From Takakia lepidozioides (Eukaryota; Plantae; Bryophyta), in the NCBI GenBank assembly GCA_030704615.1, contig CM060731.1:38502001-38566000 (forward strand): 64,000 nt of DNA. The letters run 5' to 3'. A program made the translations under genes and the position numbers. Below are positions 12,701 through 25,082 of this stretch, piece by piece; position 1 is the stretch's first letter, and each line of letters starts with the position of its first letter. Under the pieces are notes generated by a model. That model was not told the DNA's origin. It saw nothing but the letters and a program-made list of their open reading frames with translations, and made no database searches.

Positions 12701-15663
12701 TCATCCCTCTCCACATACATGTGATGTCGAACTCGTACACCTGCCTGTAACAAAGCAGCCAATCTGGTGCTGATCCCGCCAAACAAGTCCAGAAGAGAAA
12801 TGTCTTCATCCGGATACTGCCACACAATAGGTATGGTGTCCAATGGAGACAACTGAGGTGGTCCTGGTGCAATCCCCGCACTCTCCTCCTCTCCTGATGG
12901 TACAAAAACCTCTACCCATGTTTGTTGCACCCGTCAATCAGCAATTCCTTGCTCGTGCCCCACAATGGAGTCTGAGCAACCATGGCAGGCAACTCCGCCA
13001 TATCATACATGTCATCATGTTCTCCTGGAGGTATGTCATTCTCTGAATGAGCGTTTCCCTCAAGCAACTCTCCAGGCCAAGTCACTGCAGCTGTGAATGC
13101 TGCTAGTGTTGGCATCTTGCCCTGCTGGGCAACCGCAACTCCTCCTATAAACGTCACAGGGAGCTGCACACGTCGGCCCTCCCCTGACTGCCATCCAGGC
13201 CTATAGGAAGCTGACTCCTCCCAAAAATCTAGGGTGAAGCCCATGGGGTACAACATTGCCCCACCAACCAGGACATCGTACAAGACCGCGTCTGTCACAA
13301 TGGCCTTGGCTCGCATCACTGAGCCATCTGTAGGGTGGTCTGGCCGTAGTCTGATAATCAACTCACGCCGTGTCATGCCCCGAGCCTGCTCAGATCTTCC
13401 CAGAGACGTCTGTATCTGGAAAGGACAAGGCTCCATATCCGCCTCCGTGAAGCCCAAGCCTGCAATAGCAGCTCTGCCCAACATCAATGGCTGAGCTCCT
13501 GAGTCCAACAAGACCCGCAGTGGCCAGTACCTCTTGCCTGTCGGTCCTCTCAAACAGAAAATGTCATCCTGGTTGTCTAACATGTCAACTCCAGGTGTCA
13601 CCATGGCGCGCTCAATGGCTGGCCTAGCTGGCAGCTCCATCAACCTGGCAGCTGCAGTTTGTCATGGCGCCGTCGTGGCAGTCTTGACCCTCAAATCCGA
13701 GGATCCCTCCGGCACTACACCTCCCACTATCTCCGCAGAATATGAAGTAACCTCCCCACTCTCACAGAGTGTAGCTGCCAGCCTGAACACCTCAGCTGGT
13801 CTTACCTCCGGCGTCGCAATCATGGTAGCCGAGAACAATGGAGCCTGACACACAGATGTGGTCGCTCCCAGCAGTACACTAGCTGCCGTAGCCTTGGCAA
13901 CACTAGGTAGTGGTGCTACCCGTGTAGCTCTCCCCAATGGCGTAGTAACCTCCGCCTCGGTAACAGTCGGGCGAGAACTAGGTGCCATGGATGGCGTCGA
14001 CACTGTCTCCGCCAATGTGAATGACTGAGGGAGCCTAGCCTGACGGCTTGCCTCCCCACGCTGTGGATCCAACTCCACCTCTGCACCTCATGGCTCAGGA
14101 ACTCGTGCTGCTCCTCGAGTCACGGCTGCAATAAACTCCACCTGCACTAGTGGTAGTGCTGCTCCGCACATGAATCCCATGCCTCCCATATCTCCTCCCT
14201 CAGGAACAGAAGGTGGACCATCCGGCCTTGGAGCCGGTACCACCTGAGCTGTAGTCATGGCAGCGAGCCTCTACTCTAGTTGCTAAAGCCGGTTGGCCAT
14301 GCCTTGGTCAACACCCTGACCTCCGCGTCCTTAGCCATATTGAGCTTGCCCTTGGCCTACACCCCGTGCCTGGCCACCTCGTCCTCTTTGGGCTGCTCCC
14401 CCTCGCCCCCAGCCACCATTGTTTCCTTGGAACTGGCCTGGGCGCAACTCTGGATACAAACCATAATACTGGGCCTCTCCATGCCCGTGCTTGCCACAAT
14501 GCCCACACTGCAACTATGCAGGCTGTGCATGCGCCGGCCCTTTGCCTCCCTCTGGGCAATCCTTCTTGACATGGGGTCCAGCACACCACATCCGCCCGTT
14601 GTTGGCCAGCAAATGAAGGGAGAGACCCTTGCATCTGAGGTCCTCTCTGCCCTTCCCTGAGCTTCACCTGAGCCCCTTTGTTGCCTTGAGCACGTTGAGG
14701 TAGTGGTTGGCTAGGAGCACCACTACCCCGTGGTGTCTCCTTAGCAAATCCCACCATGACCACTCGTTCCTCCACCATGTTGAGCTCTATCCGCTCTGCT
14801 AGCAAAAACACATTTACTAAGGTAGGTTGGGCCGCTTGTAGGAGAGTTGCATCCCGCACCCTTCTCCTCAGCTCCTTGTCCAATATCCCATACCAGAATT
14901 GGACTGCCTGAGCTTCTGTAACCCCTTGGGTTACATTTATCAAGCGCCTCATGCGAGTGAAAGCCTCCCTCAAGCTCTCAGTAGGCTTCCGTTGGAACTC
15001 TTGCAAGCTCCGCAAGTTCTCTGTCCTCACCCCTTGGTAGTTCCCTCTCAACTCTTCGAAGAACTCCACAACAGGGTTAAAGGCAGGCACGGGTACTGGT
15101 GCTGGTGCGGTAGTGGCTTGGATGGACGTCGTAGCTACGGTACCACCAGTCCTACTAGTCCCACTGCTGCTTGCTGAAGCTGCCGGTGTAGCGGCAGGTG
15201 TAGCCACTGCCCTCGTGACTCTAGTGCCCCTAGTGATGGAGACATAGTCGGGTGACCGGTACATCCTCCACTCCTCGATCTCAACCTCATGCCCCCGCCT
15301 GAACTCATTGTAATCATCCATAGGCGGCCCCTCAAGGTGCTGAAACAGCCCTTTCCATGCCATGAAAGGCGTAAATAGTTGTGGATTGCGCATTTGCTGC
15401 AAATCACACCAACTATCAAACTCTTGGATCAAATCATCCAACTCGATGGTGCCCACCGCCCCAGAGTACCTTCGTGGCCCCTTGGTAGCTCCATACATCT
15501 CCTCCATTGTGTCCCACAACAATGGCAAAGAAACAACTTGCACCGCCGGTATGAGTCATCTTGATTCACAATCCGAATCAGAACCTTCCGTAGAAGACAC
15601 AGGAGGTGAAGGTGGCAACAGGTTCTCTACCCGGTTACCTTGTGGAGAGGGGGTTAGGGACAT
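9731..15663 (-). pseudogene. gag-pol polyprotein pseudogene with frameshifts and stops; RT core and RNase H deleted
   Basis: Gag 15543-14308; knuckle CGHCGKHGH; protease VLLDSGA (~13500); RT start IELATDTPIFRRPYRYS (11417-11260) jumps straight to the pre-integrase region; integrase HEELGH..CMVC, WSLDFAGP, VLTDQGREF, DGLTER; PHD CMLC..CDRC..HMGC..WLCPHC ending at TAA 9731. Confidence 0.9.
11800..12810 (-). pseudogene. C5 cytosine DNA methyltransferase domain inside pol, between protease and RT
   Basis: Motif I LLDLFGGI, II YVERD, IV VVAGWPCQGHS (catalytic PC), VI ENV, VIII AHRPRLWWTN, IX/X ERERAMGF..RRQVLGQAMD. One frameshift near 12430. Confidence 0.9.
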
Positions 15664-16379
15664 GTTCATGACCGGTTGAGTGTCAACACGGAGGTGCCAC
15701 TAGTTGCTAGGGACAGTGCTGGTTCGAGCACTAGCGATACTAGTGGGTACACGAGACGAGGTGTGCGCGGCTTATGGTTTGGAATACTAAGTTCCTAACA
15801 TAGCCTACACCTATACCTGCATCCACCGCAAGCACTCCTATGGTTGGCTGGTCATCACCTCCAACCTCACCACAGGAGAAACAATGATGGTCTGGCTGGT
15901 CATTACCCCAGCCTCACCATCGACAGCATGCTCTAGGACTGGTCGGTGATCAAATCCGGACCAATCACCTATAAAAACAAGCGCCCACACAAAACTAGCA
16001 TGGCGCACAGTCAAGCATGCAGGTATGGAGGGGATCCAAACACAAGAAATCAGAACGACAACTCCCCCACACCAAAAACAACTCCACGGTGTTGCTCCTA
16101 CAAGGACACCCCAGCCCAAACCCGGACTGACTCTTGCCTCCACCTACGGGAAGGTCTTGGCCTAATGAGAGGGTGGAAACTACGAGGAAGAGAAGCTAAA
16201 GCAATGCCTAACCCCAGCATGCCCTCATCCCAACACTCTTCCTCTCCTCTCTTCTCTCACTTGCATGACCATGGGAGTATCATGAAGATACTCCTCAAAC
16301 CGCCCTCCACGAGCTTCAAAATTCGGCCTTCAAGACCACATGCCAGTCCTTAGGCAGTCCACCAATGCCTCCATGAGTC

Positions 16380-16880
16380 AACACAGGCCGTCCACATGTC
16401 AACACGGGCCACCACAGACCAGCACAAGCCCACACAGCTCACTGGTCACAGCCGTCACAGCCCTACACAGGTCACAGGGTCACAGGGTCACAGCCCCACA
16501 GGCCGCAGCCTGTCACAGCCCCCACGGCCACAGGTCACAGCCTATCACAACCCATCACAACCCCAAAGGCCATAGGCACAGCCTGTCACAGCCCCTCACA
16601 GCCCCTCACAGCCCCACAGGCCACAGGGCACAGCCTGTCCCAGCCCCACAGGCCACATGGCACAACTTGTCATAGGGGTCACAGCCCCAAAGGCCACAAC
16701 CCCTCACAGCCCGTCACAGCCCCACAGGCCACAGGCCACAGCCTGTCACAGCCCCTCATAGCCCATCACAGCCCCACAGGCCACAGGGCACAGCCTGTCA
16801 CAGCCCCACAGGCCACTGGGCACAGCCTATCACAGGCCGCCATAGCCTGTCACATCCCGTCACAGCCCCACAGGCCACTC
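16380..16880. repeat. CACAGCC/CACAGG minisatellite in the retrotransposon 5' region
   Basis: Dozens of cacagcc(c/t), cacagg and gtcacag units. Confidence 0.9.
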
Positions 16881-16966
16881 ATGACAGTTTAGCCATTTCT
16901 CCAAGGGGTTTAGCCACGAAGCTAGGGTTTGTGTCTCTTGGACTCTAGGCTTCTTTGCACCGAGCT

Positions 16967-17300
16967 ATGGCGGTTGTGAAGAAATCAGCAAGGTATTCTT
17001 GCTCTTTCGGCTCCCACACATCACCAATAGTCCATTGGGCTTTTGTTTTCAAGCTTTAGAGAACTAGAAGAGAAGGTAAGGGGCTGATCTGCTCTTATGT
17101 GAGATAGTGAACAGTACCCGGGATCCGTCCTTCTGTCCTCTCCAGGATACACTCCTCACTCTCCTCAGTATGCAGTCCTTGTAAATTCTCCAAAATATGT
17201 CCCTGCAGATTCTCAGTACGTCCCTGGAGATTCTCCAACATATACCCCTAGAGAGTACTCCCCTGAAACCTTGAGGATGATTCGAGAGAGCCTTCTGTAG
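16967..17300 (+). pseudogene. Small ORF with Tyr-x-Pro-x-Ser-Pro repeats resembling the RNA Pol II CTD
   Basis: The frame 17103-17300 reads DSEQYPGSVLLSSPGYTPHSPQYAVLVNSPKYVPADSQYVPGDSPTYTPREYSPETLRMIRESLL*. It is preceded by ATG-TGA at 17097 and a possible first exon MAVVKKSA (16967). Not in the ORF track. Confidence 0.45.
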
Positions 17301-17509
17301 TTATTGTAGATACAAGAAAATGAAAAGATGAAACTCATCTTACAAAATAACATCGATTTCTTGTAGAAATTATGTATTCGTTATAGGAACAATTTTGAGA
17401 CCGCATGATATATGGAATGGTGAGATGAGCCTTCTTTGAATAAATGTATTATTCTTCTTATAAGTGAAATCGTTTTTTCCTCCTGAATTGAACTCTTTTA
17501 TTTGTCAGC

Positions 17510-20500
17510 TATGAGCGTGTGAATTGTTGAACCTCCACTGGACAGTGGAGGTTACTGTCATAGGAATCTTGTATGGTTGTCATGATATGTGTCTGACGAC
17601 AGAGGTGGTTTGTTCTGTGGACAACAACATCACCCCAAGGGATTGTATTGTTGGAATGTGCAAACCTATCTGTGGTTCATTTGTTTCTCGAAAATCTCCG
17701 AATTTCAAGAATGATCACCTGGCAATTTTTGAACCCGGAGATCACAGAATGGGGCATTGTACCAGTTGGCACACCTCCGAACCATAAGTTCCGGTTCGAA
17801 TACAAGATTGGTGCAGAGGTCGCCGAGCTCAAATATGCAGATGTGGTCGACGTAGAGCTGGAGATGGATGTGGAATTTCCGATGTTGGTAATGTTCATGA
17901 TGGAAGATGGTAGATTTCCCAGAACGTTTGGCTTCAAACTGGAGGTACGAATTCTAAGGAAGGCCATGATGAGGGAGTCCATCACATATTGCGACGAGGG
18001 TACTCAATTTACAGATGAAGGTTTTTGCATGGCTTGGGGTATTTTCTTGGATGTGCTTTACTTAAAGGATAAGGAGATTGCAAAGACGCGGGAGGAGGAG
18101 GCTGCAAGAGCGAAGCCAAAGAAGGGAAAACGGAAATCCATTGACGCCGATGGTGATGACAATGAAGCCGGTACATCAGGAGGAAAGAAGAAACAAAAGG
18201 AGGAGATGGATCCTGCGTTCATGACAGATACCAAGAAACCCGAGGGCTGTAGACATATTCGACAAAGACAAGTGTGAGAAGATGCTGGAGAGGCTGGAGC
18301 AAGAATACAATGACATGTTTCTTTTTGGGTTTGAGGCAACCCAGGACGTCAAAGTTTCCATGATGGAGCTTGCTCCCAAGGATATGATGTACAGGCCCCT
18401 AAATGTGAAGCACAAAGACGAAGTCAAAGCGTGTCTTTACCGGCTCCGGGTGTTCGACTCCAAACATCCAGTTTATTTGATTCCCGCAAACCCCGAGAAG
18501 CCTATGGAGGTTTCTAGTTCGAAACCTCGAAACTGGAAGGAGGTGGAAAATTCCAGATTCTTCGTCATCGGTGGACAACACACGATCATTGCTGCTAAGG
18601 TGAATTTCCCGACAAAATCCAATTTTTATAACAGTGGAGGTTCATGAACTTTAAACAACATGCTTGTTAGGTCGATATCATTTTTGACCTTATTCAATTC
18701 TGTCGCAGGAACTTGTGCAAGACGTGGACGACGACAATCTTAAGAAGTACTACACTGACTGGCCCTCAAAGATTACATGGTCAAAGGATCTGATGAGGCT
18801 CGTGAAGCTATCTAAGCTCCTAAACAACCCGAATAAGGTGCAGAAATTTGACACAATATTTGCCGAGAAAATTGCACATGCCCAAAATTTCTTCGAGCTG
18901 AGGGGAGGCCAAAAAAGTACAACGATCACACAACGAAGTCGGAGACTAGACAATGGAAGGTAAATGATTCATTGTGTTTTCCGTTCCTTTTGCTAGAGAA
19001 CCAAAATATTTTCAAGCTCGGATTTAATGTGACGAACGGAGACCGCATTACGAAGCAGGAGACACTACAAAAATAGCTTCATAAGGGAGGGTGCTACAAT
19101 GAACGAGCGGGATGGTTCAGCATTCGGAAATTCGACATGATGGGGTATTTTGTAATGTGTCTTGTTTGGTAATGAGGTGCTTGTCCAGCTCTTATTTTCC
19201 CAATCTATTTATGTTCTCCACCTGTAACAGTTCCGCAAATGTGCCGCAAAAATACTTGAAACATCATATGAACATGAAAACGTGATGTTGCGGAGAACGC
19301 TTCCAAAACTTTTCATGCTCATTGGGTTTTTCAAGGATTTTCTAGGTACATTCCTGGAACTGTTCCTGGTGGAGAACATGAACAGATTGGACAAATTTGA
19401 CTTGGAGAGATGAATTGACAATCGAATCATCACTTGGTGTATAGTATAATTGACATGATAGTTGTGACTATTGTTTTATCTAAAAAATTAATATCAAATA
19501 TCGAATGAAATGTCTAACTTTGGCCCTGATAATTTTCGTAGGAATTTATGCAAGCATGTCAACTCATATTGGAGATGAGTAGCGTGAAGGAGGCCATGGT
19601 TCTGGTTCTCTGTGACGAAGACGTATGAAACCTATGGGAGGAGGTTTTCAAACAGTGGGAACAAGGGAAGCTTATTGATATTTTCGGGATTCAGTGCAAG
19701 GGTGAACAGCTACCGCTAAATAAAACCGCTATCGCGAAACTGCAAGGACTTAATAGCAGGTAGTTGAAAAGAGTGGCGGAGAAAATCCTAAACAGAGACA
19801 TTTGCATTCGGGGAACGAAATTCAAGGGCGAGGACAAATCCAAAAACACAATGGGCGCGTATATTGACCAAATAAAATTGCGACAGTTTATTATCGACGA
19901 TGTAATGGAAGTCTTAGGGTGGCTTCGGAGGAGCAAACATAACCCGGAACCGTATACTAAATAGAAGTGGCGTGATGTTAAAAAAAAATACAACTTCAAC
20001 AAAGCTGAGTTTGAAACATTTCGAGATAGGCTCGGGAACGACTACATTGTTAGCAAACAGAAGATGAATATGGAGACGCAGCCAATGACTGCTGCCTTCA
20101 AGAAGTATGTCTTGTCATGCAAGCAGACCTTCGAGGATAACCAGAACGCCCTGGCGATTCTACGCACGAGCTTCAGGTCCCATTACACACAGCTGGGGGG
20201 GAACCAGAAATTTGTTGATGCCAGATCACGGTTGGGACTTGCACCAAAGAATCGGTTCGACGACATATCCATGGTGTTCGTCAATACAGTTTGTGATGAT
20301 GACTCTGTTATCTTCGAGGCAAAGGACTACTCAAATATCCTGGATGCTTTTGTGGCTCGGAAGCTCATGTCCAGTGCTTTTGTGTTTTTCTCGACACAAG
20401 AATCATCGGGAAATCTTGTGTCATACATCCGGAATGGCCCTGGATCAAAATCGTTTATTATCCGACAGGGTTATTACATTCTCGGCGAGTTTGAATCACC

Positions 20501-20604
20501 TTACAAGAGCTGGACGACTATTTTCTCCCGGACGGTCCTCTGCCTCGACTACGTATTTCCGCCAACAACTGAGGAGATGGTGAATCCGGACGACCACATT
20601 CAAA
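17510..20604 (+). pseudogene. Multi-exon ParB/Srx-like domain gene (copy 1), disrupted and 3'-truncated
   Basis: YRPLNVKHKDEV..HPVYLIP..FFVIGGQHTIIAAK (18282-18600) fits the ParB/Srx nucleotide-binding strand-loop. Further coding segments at 17648-18277, 18715-18960, 19230-19430 and 19560-20600 with splice-like junctions and stops. Confidence 0.6.
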
Positions 20605-20929
20605 CTGTACCATCTCGGTAGGCAGAGAGACCGTCAAAGGAAGTGCACTCCGCACTCTACGTTGCTCAGCCATAGCCAAACTGATAATCCAGGTCAAGCA
20701 ATTGAGATCCATTGCTTGCCCCAACACCTGACGACGTGATGCCTCAGAAAGAGAAGGCACCGCCGTGGTCCCAGTGGAAAATCCCATAGCCCGCTCTCGC
20801 TCGTCAGCATTAGGCTCCACTAACTGTTGCAACTGAGCATCCCACAGGAGGCCAGGTCCACCATCCCGAAAAGCATGGGATCCTGGGAAGCTGAGCAGTG
20901 TAGGTAATGCTGCTCGTGGTTGACCCACC
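20605..20929 (-). repeat. 325-bp fragment of the Gypsy DNMT C-terminus (paralog of 11782-12106)
   Basis: Colinear, ungapped, highly similar DNA encoding GQPRAALPTLLSFPGSHAF...ERERAMGF...RRQVLGQAMD. Confidence 0.92.
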
Positions 20930-21168
20930 CTGAAAAAAACCATCTCATACCAAACTTGCACCTGATGTGGCAGTAGGCTTAGGTGGCTCTTTTGACGGAT
21001 ATTTTGACGGTCATTTTGACTGGTTAGTTCAACTACTATTTTGACTAAGTAATCTTAATGGTCTTTCTACGGTACTTATTACACCTCGGCGCCACCATGT
21101 TTGCCACATGTATGTCAAAGGGAATGCCACGTAATAGAGTCCATCAGAATTATTAAATAAATAATAGA
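20930..21168 (-). mobile_element. Possible Helitron-like 5' terminus
   Basis: The minus strand reads A|TCTATTATTTATTTAAT...ACGTGGC, with TTTTGACGG repeats. No matching 3' CTRR end was identified. Confidence 0.3.
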
Positions 21169-21764
21169 TATTAAGGGCTCTTCTTACGGACTCTCTCACA
21201 CAGATTTAACACCAAGTTCAAGTCGTGGTGTGATCGCAATGACACTAGTGTGAATACTGTCACATCCACTGTTTTGTTCCTATTGGATGAAAAGTAAACA
21301 ATTATTATTTGTTGACAAATGCCAAAATGAACAGTCATATTATCATTATTATTATTCTTATAATAAATGGGATAGCACCCCAAAAGCCATTGGCTGCTTG
21401 ATTTAATATGTAATATATTATTGTTTTAGAATTTTGATTTGATTTGTTTCATTTAAACAAAAGCTTATTTAAAACATGGATAATAATTGTATTATGAACC
21501 ACATTGACCAGTAGTAATGTTATTAATATTAAATATAGCAAACAACCAGCAAAATACCACATTCATGTCTACACAAGTTTAATTTGGCTTGATGTGGGAA
21601 AATGAAGTTGCCTTTGAACAAGGGGATCTTGTGATCATACATGAGAATAGCAAGAGCATCAATTCAAAAAATACTGTTCATGTCAGAAGAGCAGTTTTGT
21701 TCACCTGTCTTAGCAACCTTCAATCCATAAAGAAAACTAAACTAAACTTGTAGCATCTTCAATA

Positions 21765-24310
21765 TCACGCGTGTTTAATAAACTTTTCAGACCATAAGGT
21801 GGCACTTCCCTGCGTGTCACCCAATGTGGTATGATTAGGGGTAACAGAGTAGTCCGGGTACGGCAACACAACCTCTGAAATCATGACCGATTTCACATGG
21901 ATATGGTAATAGTTGTCTGGCACATTTGCTTTCGGAAATCCAGTAATATATCCCACACAACCTGTCTCTATACTCCATGCTGACATGATCAAAGGTGGAA
22001 CAGTGCCATACCTAGTTGATAGCAGGTTCTGCATGGTCAACATGGATGTGGTAGGACGATGTCACAAAACTACCTTTGTAGGTTGTCAATCCTGCAGCTA
22101 CACAGCGATACATAGGGGGTGTATTGATCCAGCATCAGACAAGGAAACAAAAGAGGACAAAGGAAGTACTTACACTGTGCGGATTTTGTTGGTCACCCCA
22201 TGGTTCAGTTACATCCACTGTGGTTGTAGTCTGATTGATAGCACATATTGTGCTTTCCCTGCCCATTGAACGCTTCACTGGTTTCACCATCTGCATATTG
22301 AATGACACATGATCAAAAAATGAGAATAGCACGAATGACACACATTGTGAAGTAGCATTAACAATACAAATCCACCCACGCGCCCAAGCATTGAATCTTT
22401 TGCTCTCACCTTTCTTTGATTATGCTTTGTTGTTGCATCGGGAGGCAAAGTCGTTGGAACTCTGGCAGCAGGAAGCCCTGGTTCGGATGCCTTTGCAGAT
22501 TGTTGTGATCCACTATCCATGGCTGCAGTATTGAACAAGTAGTTGGGCTGCCCATATCTGTATGGGTGCCCTGACACATACTCAGGGATGTGTGCAGCCT
22601 TGGATACACCCTCTAACCAAGGCAGTAATTCTTCATAAGCCTCTTGCAGTTTGGCTGATCCCTCAACTTCCATGGATACGGGAAGATGCAATTATTTGCA
22701 GGGTTGGGTAAGCAAGTGAGTGGGGAATCGTCCACCAGCAAAGTATTGGTTGGATTGTAATGGCTGTAGTCCTTCCAAAACTTACATAAGTTCTTGTACA
22801 TGACAGTTTTAGAAGGATTGAGAGGGTCCACCATTCCCACAGGTTGGTCACAATAGTCTTGGTGAAGCACCATCTTTGGTTGCTTCCCAGGAAACAATGC
22901 TTTCACAATTGGAAGGACATTACTCAATGACATGGAAGACCATACACCTACATCAAAAATCTGAAGGCATCGGTCCAGAAACTCCTGACACCCAGGTCTG
23001 GAGGTGACAGTGGGCTCTAGGTGTTCCCTTGTTCGTAGTCTGCTCTCACATAACAATCCATTCAAGTCAAGTATAAGGATGTGTTTCTGCCTCTCAGTTG
23101 CCGAAGGGCAATTACCAACAACTTGTACATGATTATCATGTACAAAAGACACACCTTTCTGTGGGGCACTCTGCAAATTCATGGAGACCTCACAGGCATA
23201 TTGAGAGGGTAGTACATATGCCGGGAGTGCTACTGGTGTAGGGGACAACAAAACGGATGAACACTTTGCAGTTGCCTCAACAATATGGGGGGATGGATTG
23301 AGTTCACCTTCAGACCAACCCTCCATGTCATCATCCCCCTCCATTTCTGAAAGCCCAAACAATGAGCCTATTGTGTTTGGCTTTGGTGGCGGTGAAGAAA
23401 CTGCCTTGAACAGGTTGAGTGGTGAGCCCATAACATGAGAAATAGTCTCATTTGTTGTGTGTGGCGCAAAGGTGGTGCATGGTGGACCTGTAGGTTCCGA
23501 ATCTGGCACATTCATGCCAAGTTTAGCTGCGAGCGCAATGTTGAATGCAGCTGAGGCTGGAATCCTGCAAGGTTTCAGCAGTACCATGCATGTTACCACC
23601 TTCACTCTGTTGGGGCTGGACTGCTGTCTCCCACCCCACAGGATGATGCGGAGCAAATGCATCCTCGGTCTGTTTCAGAATGCCTTTCCCTTTCAGGGTA
23701 TTAGGTGTACCTGGAGATGTTGGATAAAGAGGTGGCCGCGGTGCAGTGAAGCTCGAAGGTGCCAGCAGTTGTACTCCACTGTAGTTGGATCCTGAAGGTT
23801 GGTGGCCACCATACTGGACCTGCCCCTGGTGTGGTCTTGCAGGGCTGGTAGGATAGAGGGAGGAAGTAGGTTGGTTGTACATAGGCCAAGGAGGATACAT
23901 ACTATGGGGATGCATTCCATAATGGTGGTAAATGGAATACCCACCTTGACTAGGATCATGCATTGGAGCGCCTGCAGGTGGAGCAAAAGAATTGTAATTC
24001 TGGCACTGAGAATCATTGTTTGGAGGTTGATAGTGAGGATACGGCATGTGCCCATGCAGATTATACCCTGACATGGCAGGATACTGTGGGTACATAAGCG
24101 GATACGAGGGAGGAGCCGATACTGGTGGATACAAGGGAGCTGGAACATCAGTCTGTGGAGTGGGCGGGGCTGGTTTTTTGTAAGGGGGAACAACCGCGCC
24201 ACTCGTCACAGCAGTTGGCGCAATAGTTGGTGCACACTTTGCTGGAGTAAGAAACTTATGCTCGTTCGCATCCTTCCCTGCAATTCCCTTCCTTTTTTTT
24301 TACTAAACTC
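21765..24310 (-). pseudogene. Pro/Tyr-rich region + FCP1/NIF-type HAD domain + C-terminal Tnp1/En-Spm-like domain (HAD copy 1)
   Basis: KHILILDLNGLLC, SRPGCQEFLDRC, VGVWSS, YKNL, NTLLVDDSP, NP (22613-23100). The last exon VVLPYPD...TTLGDTQGSATLW resembles the Transposase_23/TnpA C-terminus. Confidence 0.7.
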
Positions 24311-24854
24311 TGCACACATTGCTCAACAGAAACATGTGAAACAATACGACCATACTACTAGGGATGGCAAACCACGTGGGTAAGCCAAGCCCAAAGGCCT
24401 ATGCAAGAAGACCCTGTCAGTCAGACCTATGGTACAGTCAGCTGAATCGCATGCCTCATACCAGCGACCCTATGATAAATACCTGAATATTAGGAAGGAA
24501 GAACTCATCCTGCTAGATGAATCTGACGTGGAGGCTGAAGTGTCTAAGGCCATGTCAAAAGCATGAAGAATGTCCGAACAAAACAATATTAGGCATAAAC
24601 TTCCCTGAACTCATTTCCAGTTTGTGACATGGGTGAGGACTTTGAGGATGATCTGAAGGGCAGACCTACCCTTGGCACTAGACTGAAAATTTAACCTCCG
24701 GATGGGGAGTCTACCTTGAACAATAAACAGATGCAGAGAGGAAAGGGAGATTGTCGATGCTCACTGGTGTGGGTGGCCTGAAGACAATGTCCATTTTGTG
24801 ATACAAGTCTGGGGTATTCTCATCAGAGAGCGACCCTCTTCAGGACCATCAAGA

Positions 24855-25050
24855 ACATAGTCCCTACACCTCTGTTCACCAACTGTCAATATCTCAAGGC
24901 TGAGTCTAAAGCGGTGGGCCCTGTTGGGGCTCATTGCTTGGTAGCCCACATACAACAAAACTGATGAACGTGTGAAGGGCTTTCTAAAAGGAATCTGGAA
25001 AGCCTGAACTAATGTTTATAACATGGTAAGTCCTACTAATGGAGTGAGCC
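24855..25050. repeat. Dispersed repeat, copy 2; related to 3440-3630
   Basis: Shares the blocks listed for copy 1. Confidence 0.7.
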
Positions 25051-25082
25051 CCTCATTCTAATGGCAGACAGTTAATTAACTG

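Larger units (their letters stand above)
8603..16886 (-). mobile_element. Degenerate Ty3/Gypsy LTR retrotransposon carrying a DNA methyltransferase and a PHD finger
   Basis: Domain order on the minus strand: gag, Zn knuckle, protease, DNMT, RT start, integrase, PHD. Polypurine tract GGGGGGCGAT abuts TGTG at 9470. Possible PBS TGGCACC at 15699-15693. Outer boundaries are tentative and no TSD was found. Confidence 0.85.
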
